A DNA stretch of 64,000 nucleotides from Methanomassiliicoccaceae archaeon. Its GTDB lineage: Archaea; Thermoplasmatota; Thermoplasmata; Methanomassiliicoccales; Methanomassiliicoccaceae. The position numbers and the translations under genes were made by a program. Below, piece by piece: positions 1 to 9,508 of this stretch. The stretch lies in assembly GCA_040776945.1 (NCBI GenBank), contig JAXGZN010000001.1, forward strand, positions 32,001-96,000, written 5' to 3'. The notes under the pieces were generated by a model. The model was not told the DNA's origin and searched no databases. It worked only from the letters and a program-made list of their open reading frames with translations. The stretch's first letter is position 1. The number at the start of each line of letters is the position of its first letter.

Positions 1-30
1 GAAGTGGCGCCTGATGTAAAGGAGGAGTGA
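1..30 (+). CDS. 3' end of an upstream gene, probably 30S ribosomal protein S4 (partial)
   Basis: Open frame [12 protein letters not shown] overlaps the rps11 GTG (GTGA); identity inferred only from the usual rps13-rps4-rps11-rpoD order. Confidence 0.5.
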   Translation, partial: EVAPDVKEE

Positions 31-416
31 ACATGGGAAAATGGGGCATCGCTCACATATACGCAAGCTACAACAACATCATCATCACCCTGACCGACAT
101 CACCGGCGCTGAGACCATCACCAAGGCCACCGGGGGCATGGTGGTCAAAGCGGCCAAGGACGAGTCCTCACCATACGCGGCCATGAGGGCCGCGGAGAGG
201 GTAGCGGAGATCGCCAGGGAGAAGGGCATCGAGGGGATCCACGTCAAGGTCCGCGCTCCCGGCGGGAACAAGGCCACTTCCCCGGGACCAGGCGCTCAGG
301 CCGCCATCAGGGCCCTCGCCCGCGCGGGCATGAAGATAGGGCGCATCGAGGACGTCACTCCCATCCCGCACGACGGCACCAAGAAGAAGGGCGGCAGAAG
401 AGGCCGGAGAGTTTAG
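27..416 (+). CDS. rps11: 30S ribosomal protein S11 (uS11)
   Basis: [12 protein letters not shown]...DVTPIPHDG...GGRRGRRV; SD AGGAGG upstream; start may be the ATG at 33; TAG stop. Confidence 0.98.
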   Translation: MNMGKWGIAHIYASYNNIIITLTDITGAETITKATGGMVVKAAKDESSPYAAMRAAERVAEIAREKGIEGIHVKVRAPGGNKATSPGPGAQAAIRALARAGMKIGRIEDVTPIPHDGTKKKGGRRGRRV

Positions 417-427
417 AGGCTGCATAC

Positions 428-1267
428 ATGGACCTGAAGATCATCGACCTGACCGATACCCATGCTAAGTTCGTCGTCTCGGGCACGCGCCCGGACATGG
501 CCAACGCCCTTAGGCGGACGCTCATGGTAGGGGTGCCCAAGATGGCCATCGAGACCGTCGAGTTCCACCTGGGTCCAATCAGGGACGAGGACGGCAAGGA
601 GTGCGAGAGCGTCAGCCCGCTGTTCGATGAGATGATCGCTCACCGCCTGGGCCTCGTTCCCGTTCCTACCGATCCAGACCTCTACGTCTTCAAGGACAAG
701 TGCGTCTGCGACGGCGAGGGCTGCCCGAACTGCACCATCATGTACTCCCTCAACAAGAAGGGCCCGGCGGAGGTGTACTCCGGAGACCTGGAGCCCCTTG
801 GAGGGAAGGAGCTTAGGGTGAAGGACGAGCTCATTCCCATCGTCAAGCTGGGTCCCAAGCAGGCACTGCTCATCTACGCGTCCGCCGAACTCGGCACCGC
901 TGAGAGGCACATCAAGTGGCAGGGCACCTCCGGAACCGCGTATCGCTACTACCCCACGGTCACCATCGACGTGTCTAAGTGCGACCTTTGCGAGGAGTGC
1001 GTGAAGGCCTGCCCGCGGCACGTGCTCGGCAGCAAGGACAAGAAGATCGTCGCGGTGAACCTGGAGGAGTGCATCCTGTGCACCTCCTGCGTGAAGGCCT
1101 GCCCGAGGGATGCCATCACCACGAGCGGTGACGACACCAAGTTCATCTTTGAGTTCGAGACCGACGGCTCGCTCACCGCCCGCGACACCCTGAGAAAGGC
1201 GCTGGAGGTTCTCGAGCAGAGGTTCGACGACTTCCGCGAGAACCTCGGCCAGCTCGTTGAAGGCTGA
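428..1267 (+). CDS. rpoD: RNA polymerase subunit D (Rpo3) with a 2x[4Fe-4S] ferredoxin-like domain
   Basis: ANALRR..., FDEMIAHRLGLVP, FEFETDGSL; two CxxCxxCxxxCP motifs; follows rps11. Confidence 0.97.
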   Translation: MDLKIIDLTDTHAKFVVSGTRPDMANALRRTLMVGVPKMAIETVEFHLGPIRDEDGKECESVSPLFDEMIAHRLGLVPVPTDPDLYVFKDKCVCDGEGCPNCTIMYSLNKKGPAEVYSGDLEPLGGKELRVKDELIPIVKLGPKQALLIYASAELGTAERHIKWQGTSGTAYRYYPTVTIDVSKCDLCEECVKACPRHVLGSKDKKIVAVNLEECILCTSCVKACPRDAITTSGDDTKFIFEFETDGSLTARDTLRKALEVLEQRFDDFRENLGQLVEG

Positions 1268-1451
1268 ACTGAAAGGACAACGCTCTGAGATGGCAGAGCA
1301 CCTTCCCCGTTTCTTTACTGACCTCTTGCCTCGTCCGATCTTGATTTTAGGTCGCCTCCCGAGCTTTGAATTCTCAGGGCCGCCTATGCTTTCATGGCAA
1401 GTTATCAAATATCCTGCCCGAAATGTGAGCTTCATAATGGAGATGTGAACG

Positions 1452-1643
1452 ATGCAGAAGGAACTGGAAAAGTATGTATGCCCCATCTGCGGCTACGTCT
1501 ATGACCCTGAGGTGGGGGACCCGGACCACGGGATCCCGCCCGGGACAGCGTTCGAGGACCTGCCGGATGACTGGACCTGCCCGTACTGCAATGCTCCCAA
1601 GAGCATCTGCCGGAAGGTCTCCGAGGTCAAAGGCGGCATCTGA
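1452..1643 (+). CDS. Rubredoxin
   Basis: [12 protein letters not shown]...[13 protein letters not shown]. Confidence 0.96.
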   Translation: MQKELEKYVCPICGYVYDPEVGDPDHGIPPGTAFEDLPDDWTCPYCNAPKSICRKVSEVKGGI

Positions 1644-1682
1644 ACCTTGCGGCGGCCGGCCTCCATCTCCAACTCGGCCGGC

Positions 1683-4600
1683 TCACATGAAATCGGTGAG
1701 CTTGCACCTCTTGATCTTATATGACTGGAACAGCGAGTTCATCGACTCCTCCACTATGCCTATGCGCTGCTGGGTGTAGGAGTCGAGATCGAACCTCTCG
1801 CTGATCTCCTTGGTGATCTCGAGATATTTCTTCACGCTCTTCTCATGGACCGTTAGAGTGAGGTTGTTCCCGCAATAGCATCGCCCTTTGAGCGGTATGC
1901 GCCGGTACTTGGCGCCGCACTTGGTGCACCGGAGCGATTGAGAGGAGAAGGATTTCAGGTTGCCGATCATGTCCGGGAGGAAATGCTTGGTGATGACCCG
2001 GTAGACGACATCCTTGGCATCCACTGCCCGGATGGTCCTGGCCAGCTCGAGCTGGGCGTTCATCTTGTCGATCATCGTCTCCAAGGTCTTGTACGCTGAT
2101 TCGTCCGGCCCCTCGGATATGTCCCTGGTGTCATGGGTATATCCGAAGCCCTCGTACTGCAGGGCCGAGCCTATCCTCCCGGCGACCTGGTCCATGATCC
2201 CGTCGATCTCCTTGGGATGCTTGTACTCCATGGTCGCCTGGTAGAACTCCAAGGGGTATTCCCAGCGCAGATCGATGTTGTGCGCCTCCTTGTCTATCTC
2301 GTTGGGATCGAGCCGGGTCGTTAGGACAAGGGGGGCATCCATGAGGCCTCCGCGGCTGCGGGGGAGGAACTCCTTGGAGAAGTTAAGCAGGCCGTCGAGC
2401 AGCAGGATCACCGAGTCCTCGTCCCCGTCGGCGTTGCGGCGCTTGGCCGCGTGGAAGAACGGGTGCCCGTACCCCACGTTCGTTCTGGTGTAACCAATGA
2501 TGCGGCATAGGATCCCGCCGGATGTGTGCGGCGCAAGACCTATTGCCAGCTGACCGATCAGGTCGCTGCGGTCGCGCGAGCTGTAGAAACTTGCCAGGCC
2601 GTAGTATCTTTCCAGGAGGTCATCGACGAAGTTGGCGACCTTGACCAGGTAGTCGCCGCAGCTCTCCGAAGGTATGATGTCCTGGACCCTGAGCTCGCAC
2701 ACCTGGTCAGGGGACGTTAGGTCGTCGTTGTGCACGTCCTTAAGATAGCCCAGCGCCCTGGCCTTTTCCACGCTCAGTCCGATCTCCCGTGGCCGGAAGT
2801 GCGTTACCGGCACGTCGGTCATGTCGAACCGGATGGTGCCGTCCTTGAACACGAAGATGTCGTGGACGGCGCGGAGGAGCCCCTTCTCCAGCGCCTCAGG
2901 GGTCTTGTTCTTCGAGATCATTCCCTGGACGCCCTTTATCTCCGGCGCGACGGTCACGCCCACGCGGGCCATGGCGCTCTCCAGCAGCTTGTTGAGGTCG
3001 ATGCGCTGGACGGTCGGGCGGTTCACGGTAAAGGTGTGCGCGCCGCACTCGGCGCAGGAGCACTGGAAGGTGTTCTTCCCGCATTCCGGGCATTGCCGGA
3101 GGCCCATCTCCGCCTCCACTCTCGATTCGGCCGCCGCCGTGGACACCAACCGCTGCATGCCGCCGCTCTGTCCCAGGGGGAACAGCGCATGGGGAGGGGG
3201 CTTCATCTTCCTCTCCTTGGCCTTCTCCGGTCGAGCCATCCTAGACCCGATTCGGGTGATGGCCCTGGCACGTACCTCAACCCCCATGGCTCTGGAGACC
3301 GCCCTCAAGCTGGGCGACGAGAACGCCTCCGCGGCCGGGGCCCCTGGATCGGCCAGCGGGGCGCTCTCTATGATCTTGGACCCGTCTCGTCCGAGCCCCA
3401 GGCCGTCCAGCAGAGGTCGCGCATAGAACTCGACTATGATCTCATGAGGCGTCGCCCTGTGCAGCGCTCCGAGCGTCTCCAATGTGTGCTTCGACGCCGG
3501 CTCCCGCCTCAGGTGCAGCGCGTCCTCTTTCCACGCGCCGGTCGCGAGGATCTGGGCCCTAAGAGCCGCCAGCTCCTCGAGCGGAACGTCGGACCAGAAA
3601 AGATTGAACCTAGGGTGCAGGGGCACATTGAAAGACCGGGAGGTCTCCTTCGCACGCTCATAGCTCGGCTCCCTCCAGTCCGGAGGCATCTCCGAGGCCC
3701 TGGAGGCCAGCTCGGCCTTGTGCCATTCAAGGGCGTACCCGGCAGGTGCGAGAAGGTGGTTGTTCTCCATGAACTCACCGTATGGCAGGAGCACCTCTCC
3801 CAGATCGACTATCTCGGCGATGTCCGGCCGGTAACGCTTGGCCTCCTTGACTGTGTTGGCCTGCACCAGGTCGCCGTTCTTCAGCAGGAGGATGGGGCCT
3901 TCGATGCTGTCGCAGGGCGTGACCGCTCCGGCCTTGCCCGGCCGTTCGATCTTGATCTGGGTCCCCACAGCCAGGAAGTCGTTCAGCGCATACATGGTCG
4001 CAGGATTGATGGCCAGGGCGGCCAGCCCTGTTGTCCGCCCCCGGCCGTAGCGCAGGCGCAGGCCGCCGACCCTCGATGGATGGCATATCACTGGCCGTCC
4101 GGCCACCATGTCCTTGAGGAACTTGGAGTCGGGCACGATCTTCTTGGCCGACCTGTCGTCACCCTTGTCGTGGCGCTTCTTCCACTCCATGTACTCGTCG
4201 ATGAACTCCCAGCCGTCGATGCCCAGCTTCTTGACGTGCTTTTGGATCTTGGGGGCCTTCAGGCACATGCCCTCGGATATCACCAGGCAAGCCCCGCCCC
4301 GCACCCTGTTGGTCTCGATGCGCGGCAGGTCCCGGTAGCCGGATATCTCCGTTTCCTCGGTCCCCTCCCCGTCAACGCAAACCGGGCAGCTGCGGGCGAT
4401 TATCTCGATCTCCTCGTTGCCGGGAGTGTACTGGAGATGCTGGCACTGCTTGTACAGCGGTATCTCCTCCATGAACCTCTGGACCTCGGCCTCGGTCGGT
4501 ATGTACCTCCCCAGCCCCAACTCTCGGCGCACAACGTCCCCGATGAGCACGCTCAGCGCCTGTCCAGTGCCTCCCGCCGCCCGGATGGGGCCAGCGAAGG

Positions 4601-5027
4601 AGATCGATAGGTACTCGCTCCCGTCGGAGTTGCGCCCGATCTTGCAGCCAGCGATCCCTTCCAGGGGCGCGACCAGGATGCCTTCCGTCAGCACCGCGAG
4701 GCCCACCCGCACGGCGCGGTCGATCGCCTCCTCGCGGGTCTTCGCCGGCTGGCCCGCCATCTCCTTGGCCACCAGCAGAGAGACCTCTTCACGGTTGTGG
4801 CCCTTGGACAGTTCGCGGATGCGCTCCGCCACGCCCTCGACGTGCCAGTCCTCCAAGAGCTTCTCGCACCTCGATGCCAGGTCCTCAGCCCTGGGGATCT
4901 CCACGAATACTTCTGGATCAAGGCCTCTGGAGCGGGCCCGGCGGGCGATGCCGTAGCATCTGTCCGCTTCCGAGAACAGTCCATTGAAGTACTCTTCCAT
5001 GGCCTTGCTGCACGCTACCCCCGCCAT
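1683..5027 (-). CDS. polC: DNA polymerase D large subunit DP2
   Basis: GPIRAAGGT, RLRYGRGR, HAAKRRNADGDED catalytic motif, C-terminal Zn finger CTKC...CYC; 1114 aa, no intein. Confidence 0.98.
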   Translation of the reverse strand: MAGVACSKAMEEYFNGLFSEADRCYGIARRARSRGLDPEVFVEIPRAEDLASRCEKLLEDWHVEGVAERIRELSKGHNREEVSLLVAKEMAGQPAKTREEAIDRAVRVGLAVLTEGILVAPLEGIAGCKIGRNSDGSEYLSISFAGPIRAAGGTGQALSVLIGDVVRRELGLGRYIPTEAEVQRFMEEIPLYKQCQHLQYTPGNEEIEIIARSCPVCVDGEGTEETEISGYRDLPRIETNRVRGGACLVISEGMCLKAPKIQKHVKKLGIDGWEFIDEYMEWKKRHDKGDDRSAKKIVPDSKFLKDMVAGRPVICHPSRVGGLRLRYGRGRTTGLAALAINPATMYALNDFLAVGTQIKIERPGKAGAVTPCDSIEGPILLLKNGDLVQANTVKEAKRYRPDIAEIVDLGEVLLPYGEFMENNHLLAPAGYALEWHKAELASRASEMPPDWREPSYERAKETSRSFNVPLHPRFNLFWSDVPLEELAALRAQILATGAWKEDALHLRREPASKHTLETLGALHRATPHEIIVEFYARPLLDGLGLGRDGSKIIESAPLADPGAPAAEAFSSPSLRAVSRAMGVEVRARAITRIGSRMARPEKAKERKMKPPPHALFPLGQSGGMQRLVSTAAAESRVEAEMGLRQCPECGKNTFQCSCAECGAHTFTVNRPTVQRIDLNKLLESAMARVGVTVAPEIKGVQGMISKNKTPEALEKGLLRAVHDIFVFKDGTIRFDMTDVPVTHFRPREIGLSVEKARALGYLKDVHNDDLTSPDQVCELRVQDIIPSESCGDYLVKVANFVDDLLERYYGLASFYSSRDRSDLIGQLAIGLAPHTSGGILCRIIGYTRTNVGYGHPFFHAAKRRNADGDEDSVILLLDGLLNFSKEFLPRSRGGLMDAPLVLTTRLDPNEIDKEAHNIDLRWEYPLEFYQATMEYKHPKEIDGIMDQVAGRIGSALQYEGFGYTHDTRDISEGPDESAYKTLETMIDKMNAQLELARTIRAVDAKDVVYRVITKHFLPDMIGNLKSFSSQSLRCTKCGAKYRRIPLKGRCYCGNNLTLTVHEKSVKKYLEITKEISERFDLDSYTQQRIGIVEESMNSLFQSYKIKRCKLTDFM

Positions 5028-5131
5028 ACCTGGTCACCATGTCCGCCGGGAAGTTTTCCCGGCCATCGGGCATAGCGGGGACATGGAGATAAATAGTTCG
5101 TTCAAATCGACGGCAGCGGCGAACCTTATGC

Positions 5132-6127
5132 CTAGGTCGGCAGTTTGTCGAAGTCGTTCACCCGCTGGGCCTTGAGCGTTCTCTCGATCAAGGCCACGAG
5201 CTCGTCCACTCCCTCTCCAGTGAGCGCTGATATCCGCGGCCGACCGGTGAAGCGGCCCTCCAGGTCCGACTTGCTGTCAACCTCGATGATCGGCATGTCG
5301 TGGAAGTTCGCCTTTACCGAGGCGAGAAGGGCCAGTTGGCGCTCCAGAGCGTACCCGCAGGTCTCCGATGGATCGATGAGGAAGACTATCAGGTCGGCGA
5401 GGTACTTGAGGGCCAGGACGGCCTGCAGCTCGATGGAGTTCCGCTTCTCCAGCTCCCGGTCCAGCAACCCGGGGGTGTCGATGACCTGATAGGTCCGCCA
5501 TCCGCTCCGCAAATGGCCGATGATGATTCCCTTGGTGGTGAACGGATAGGGGGCGATGGTCGGCTTGGCGGTGGATATGCGCTCCACTAGCTGGCTCTTC
5601 CCTACGTTGGGGTAACCGGCGATCACCACGGTCTGCACCGCAGTGTCCACAGCAGGCAGCTGTCTCAGCTTGTCACGGGCCTTCTGGCAGAACTCGAGGT
5701 CCGGCCCTACTCGGTTGATCACGGAAGAGAACCTCCCGTAGAACTCCCTGGTCGCTTTGGCCACCTCGTCGATGTTGGGGGCCCTCCGCACCTTGAGCAG
5801 ATATTTGCGCTGGAGGTCGGAGCACTTCTCGGCGCACCATGATAGGTTCGCCAGCGCCTTCTTCAGATTGTCATGACCGATGATGACGTCGATGAGCTGG
5901 GAATAGAACTCCTCCTCCTTCTCCATCCGGGGGAACGAGCGGACGTACTTCAACAGCGTGGTGGTGGTCATGTCCCCTATGGTGGTGATCTTGGCGATGT
6001 TGGTCTTCTTGACCGTGTCGAAGGCGGCCGCCCCGCTAACCTCCGCCCTGGAGGCCCGGGCGAAGGCCCGGTCCAGTAGCTCCTGGGCCGTCATTATGGT
6101 CGGTATCTGCCGCTTCCAGTCCTGCAT
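5132..6127 (-). CDS. NOG1-family GTPase
   Basis: True start likely MQDWKRQIPT (6127); GYPNVGKS, PYPFTT, DTPGLLDR, SKSD, SA motifs. Confidence 0.95.
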   Translation of the reverse strand: MQDWKRQIPTIMTAQELLDRAFARASRAEVSGAAAFDTVKKTNIAKITTIGDMTTTTLLKYVRSFPRMEKEEEFYSQLIDVIIGHDNLKKALANLSWCAEKCSDLQRKYLLKVRRAPNIDEVAKATREFYGRFSSVINRVGPDLEFCQKARDKLRQLPAVDTAVQTVVIAGYPNVGKSQLVERISTAKPTIAPYPFTTKGIIIGHLRSGWRTYQVIDTPGLLDRELEKRNSIELQAVLALKYLADLIVFLIDPSETCGYALERQLALLASVKANFHDMPIIEVDSKSDLEGRFTGRPRISALTGEGVDELVALIERTLKAQRVNDFDKLPT

Positions 6128-6184
6128 GGGCGGCCATAGGAGAGAGCAAGTTATTAAGTTATCATCCGCCGATGGTCCGCGACG

Positions 6185-6889
6185 ATGAGCCCCGGGATCG
6201 CGTTCCAGTTCTGGTTGACCGACGGAGACCGCCGCATCCTGGGCGAGGAGGACGCGAGACTGCTCGCTGCCATCTCGAGGCTCGGCTCCCTCGAGTCCGT
6301 GGCGATGGAGCTGTCTATCGGCGTCGAGGACGTCAGAGAGGCGCTGGCCCGCATCAGGGACGATTGCGGAAAGAAGATCGCCGGCGGCCCGGAGACAAGA
6401 TGCCACCTGACCGAGTACGGAAAGGCGCTCCTTGACGAGTTCAGCAACAAACGGAGGCGGGCCGCGGAGCAGTTGGCCAACGCTTTCAGGAACCCGGCCC
6501 CCGCTGCCGACGGGATCGTGTTGGTTGACGGGAGGATCGTGCTCATAAGGCGCGGGCGGGAGCCAGAGAAGGGGAAATACGCCCTGCCGGGCGGCTTCGT
6601 GGAGCATGGGGAGCGCGTCGAGGAGTGTGTGGTGCGCGAGGTGCGTGAGGAGACCGGCCTGCGTACCGAGCCCCTTGAGCTGATGGGCGTGTACTCGGAC
6701 CCTTCGAGGGACCCACGGGGGCATATCCTCAGCATGGTATTCCGAATGAGGGTCCTGGGCGGCGAGCTTGGGGCCGGCGATGATGCCGAGGGGGCTTCGC
6801 TCTTCGACCTCGACGCGCTGCCAGAGCTGGCCTTCGACCACGCCAGGATCATCGCGGACTACCTGAAGGCCTCTGGCCGAGGCCGCTGA
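6185..6889 (+). CDS. ModE-like winged-helix domain fused to a Nudix (ADP-ribose pyrophosphatase-like) hydrolase
   Basis: N-terminal FWL..ILGE..ARLLAAI..GSL...LTEYGKALL; intact Nudix box GFVEHGERVEECVVREVREETGL; RDPRGH and LAFDH motifs. Confidence 0.85.
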   Translation: MSPGIAFQFWLTDGDRRILGEEDARLLAAISRLGSLESVAMELSIGVEDVREALARIRDDCGKKIAGGPETRCHLTEYGKALLDEFSNKRRRAAEQLANAFRNPAPAADGIVLVDGRIVLIRRGREPEKGKYALPGGFVEHGERVEECVVREVREETGLRTEPLELMGVYSDPSRDPRGHILSMVFRMRVLGGELGAGDDAEGASLFDLDALPELAFDHARIIADYLKASGRGR

Positions 6890-6959
6890 TCCGCCCCATC
6901 TCAGAACCTGACCCCAGGCTGGAAAGCTTTTTTACCGACGGCAAGCGTACAAAGGAACG

Positions 6960-7400
6960 ATGCTGCAGGACGATCTTGACACCAGGATACTCCGACTGTT
7001 GCAGCGCAACGGCAAGCTTACCTATGAGGAGATAGGCGCGATCGTCGACCGGTCTCCGTCGACCATACGCGACCGCATCAAGAAGCTGGAGGAGAACAAG
7101 ACCATAATGGGCTACTCCGCCATCGTGAACCACGAGCGGATGGGCATAAGCTGCGACGCGTACATAGCTGCGGACATACCGCCGGACAAGGCGCAGACAG
7201 CGATCGCCTCCCTGTTCTCCATGGAGAGCGTTTCCGAGATCCTCAGGGTCACCGGGGAGCGGAGGATAATGTTCCGGGTGCGGGCCGCCAACAACGCTGA
7301 GATGATCGACCTAATAGACCGCAAGATACGGCCCCTGGGTTTCCACAACATCGAGGTGACCGTGGTCCTGGAGCCGGTGGTCCGTTATCCCGGGCTTTGA
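6960..7400 (+). CDS. Lrp/AsnC family transcriptional regulator
   Basis: LDTRILRLLQRNGKLTYEEIG..STIRDRIKKLEE..GYSA; RAM domain VTGE. Confidence 0.93.
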   Translation: MLQDDLDTRILRLLQRNGKLTYEEIGAIVDRSPSTIRDRIKKLEENKTIMGYSAIVNHERMGISCDAYIAADIPPDKAQTAIASLFSMESVSEILRVTGERRIMFRVRAANNAEMIDLIDRKIRPLGFHNIEVTVVLEPVVRYPGL

Positions 7401-8030
7401 TCAGCGGACCCCGGCGGCCTCGTCGGGAACCGCCAGAAGAAGGCGGCGGCCGTCCTTGGATGCCTTGCCCACGGAGCTCTTGGACACGACCCAGAACTTC
7501 CTGGTCAACAGGCCGCTCTCGAGGACCATCGGGCTCACCCGGAGTATTCTCTCCAACTGCTCCGGGGAATAGTGGGGGGTGCCGTACTGGCCCACCAGCG
7601 TCACGTGAGGGTTGGAAGGGGCCAGGGACAGAGATGATATCTGTACGATGTGGGCCTCGAAGGCCGGCTCGTCATCCCCCAGCCAGTCCAGGTCCCACAT
7701 AAGGACCAGGTCCGATGCTCCGTTCTCGACGGCGGCCTCGGCCTCTGCCAGCATGATCGCCTCCAGAGCATCGGGGCAATAGTCCCCTGCCGGACAGAGC
7801 GTCTCCCTCCCCGGCACGATCGTCAGGTGGCCATCGTCAATGGCCGCGTCCAGAATCCGTGACCGCGGCGCCTTGGCATCCTTGTCCCACCTATCGCTCA
7901 GCAAGATAAGACGCTGGGACTCGTTCATCCAAGATATCATTTCGGTGACCACGCGGACCTGCTCGGAATCACTGCGGTAGATGTGCGCCGCGTGGTCCCC
8001 CTTGCTTAGCCCCTCATACCATCGCTTCAT
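7401..8030 (-). CDS. Stand-alone MEDS-domain (DcmR-like sensory) protein
   Basis: GDHAAHIYRS N-terminus, MWDLDW, C-terminal GQY...ILRVSP pattern typical of MEDS. Confidence 0.7.
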   Translation of the reverse strand: MKRWYEGLSKGDHAAHIYRSDSEQVRVVTEMISWMNESQRLILLSDRWDKDAKAPRSRILDAAIDDGHLTIVPGRETLCPAGDYCPDALEAIMLAEAEAAVENGASDLVLMWDLDWLGDDEPAFEAHIVQISSLSLAPSNPHVTLVGQYGTPHYSPEQLERILRVSPMVLESGLLTRKFWVVSKSSVGKASKDGRRLLLAVPDEAAGVR

Positions 8031-8088
8031 CTCATTCCCCCGGCCTCATGTCGGCCCAAGGGCGGGTCCGAGAACCCGCCCGCCGGCC

Positions 8089-8718
8089 CTATCTCTTGCC
8101 TCCCAACGCTCTTTCCAACCTATGGTCGATCACTTCCCAGTTGACGACGTTCCAGAAGCTGGCAGTGTACTTGGCCTTTTCGTTTTTATAGTCCAGGTAA
8201 TATGCGTGCTCCCACGCGTCCATCGCCATGAGGACCTTGAACCCAGGGATCGCGTATAGGTCATGGTCCTTTATCTGGACAAGGAGCGGCCGCTCTAACT
8301 GGCCGCACCAGACCAACGTGGCCCAGCCCGACGACTCCACGGAGTTGGCCAGCTCGGTGAACTCTTTCTGGAACCGCTCGAAGCTGCCGAACTCCTTGTT
8401 GAGGACATCGGCGAGCATGCCTCCCGGCCTCCCCCCTCCTCCGGAGGAGGCGGGGCGCATGTTGTCCCAATAGAGCGAGTGGAGCATGTGGCCCCCCACG
8501 TTGAACGCGAGGGCCTGGGCCTCGCACCTCATGTTCGGCATGGCATCGCCGGCCCTTGCCTTCTCCATCCTCTCCAGGGCAGCGTTGGCCTGATCGACGT
8601 ATTTCTTATGATGGCCGTCGTGATGGAGCCTCAACAGTTGTTCTGAAATGCTTGGCGCAAGGTCCCCGTACCCGTAATGCAGGGCGGGGAGCGAATAGCG
8701 TCCCTTGCCATTGGTCAT
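8089..8718 (-). CDS. sod: Fe/Mn superoxide dismutase
   Basis: LHHDGHHKKYV, HMLHSLYW, DAWEHAYY metal ligands. Confidence 0.97.
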   Translation of the reverse strand: MTNGKGRYSLPALHYGYGDLAPSISEQLLRLHHDGHHKKYVDQANAALERMEKARAGDAMPNMRCEAQALAFNVGGHMLHSLYWDNMRPASSGGGGRPGGMLADVLNKEFGSFERFQKEFTELANSVESSGWATLVWCGQLERPLLVQIKDHDLYAIPGFKVLMAMDAWEHAYYLDYKNEKAKYTASFWNVVNWEVIDHRLERALGGKR

Positions 8719-8906
8719 GGTACATCGCCTTCTGGGAGCCACGACTATAATTTACTTTTGACAGATGTCGGCGCGTATAGGCGCTGGGAACGATCTCAAG
8801 GGACAAGGCGGCGCCTGTTGGTCCCTGCCTTCCGGTGCAGGCATGGGCTCGCGTGCGGGCTGCTGGGTACCTTTTTACCGTAGGACCCGCAGTTTTCTAG
8901 GGGGAC

Positions 8907-9368
8907 CTATCTCGCGTTCTCGGAGGACAGCGGACGCAGCAAGCGTTCTTCGACCTTCAGGCCGCAGCTGTCGCAGTAGCGCGCATCGTCCATGATCAGA
9001 TGCGAGCACCGGGGGCAGCGTCCTCGCAGCAGCACCTTGCCGTTGACCATGGCCTGAACCGGGAGGTCCTCGCATCTCGAGGGCATCTCTATGTGCAGCC
9101 TGTCATCGTTAGGGGGGATGATAGGCACGATGACATGGCCGCAGTAGGCGCAGGCGTTCCAGTTGAGAGCGATGTGCCTCCGGCAGGAGGGGCACTCCTT
9201 CTTGAGAACCAGGGCGCAGTACGGGCAGACGATATAGTCATCGTGGACGAACACGCCGCATCTTGGGCACCGTCCGTTCTTCTGCCCAATGCGCAGACGC
9301 GCGTCCAGGCCGGCAAGTCCGCCGTCATCAGCCATCACCTCGTGTTCGATCCTGCCCTCTGCTCTCAT
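8907..9368 (-). CDS. Double zinc-ribbon domain protein
   Basis: Six CxxC motifs (CPRC, CPYC, CPSC, CAYC, CPRC, CDSC); upstream TATA-like AAAAGATATTTAAT. Confidence 0.8.
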   Translation of the reverse strand: MRAEGRIEHEVMADDGGLAGLDARLRIGQKNGRCPRCGVFVHDDYIVCPYCALVLKKECPSCRRHIALNWNACAYCGHVIVPIIPPNDDRLHIEMPSRCEDLPVQAMVNGKVLLRGRCPRCSHLIMDDARYCDSCGLKVEERLLRPLSSENAR

Positions 9369-9508
9369 CTAGGTCACGGCCTTCTTACCGAGGGCAGATT
9401 AAATATCTTTTTCGACATATTTATCAATGGTGGACACCCAGCATATGTCCCATCATGCTTATCTAGGCCTTAGCCCCTTTTTGACCGCCTTCATGGCGGG
9501 GGCCGGCA

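Noticed and set aside
2730-4610. 626-aa + strand ORF and similar long ORFs (413-1486, 23293-24492, 26263-27192, 61878-63125)
   Set aside because: Antisense shadows of conserved genes, caused by high GC3; no motifs
1683-5027. Intein in DP2
   Set aside because: Normal length, continuous catalytic region, no splice-junction or LAGLIDADG motifs
6128-6841. Apparent N-terminal extension of NOG1 (569-aa ORF)
   Set aside because: It is the antisense of the wHTH-Nudix gene; NOG1 homology starts at MQDWKRQIPT
8030-8091. sod-MEDS fusion by amber read-through
   Set aside because: Different frames; read-through meets TGA at 8034-8032
9369-9400. In-frame TAG immediately before the zinc-ribbon gene ATG as a possible Pyl codon
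   Set aside because: An in-frame TAA lies a few codons upstream and the region looks like the promoter
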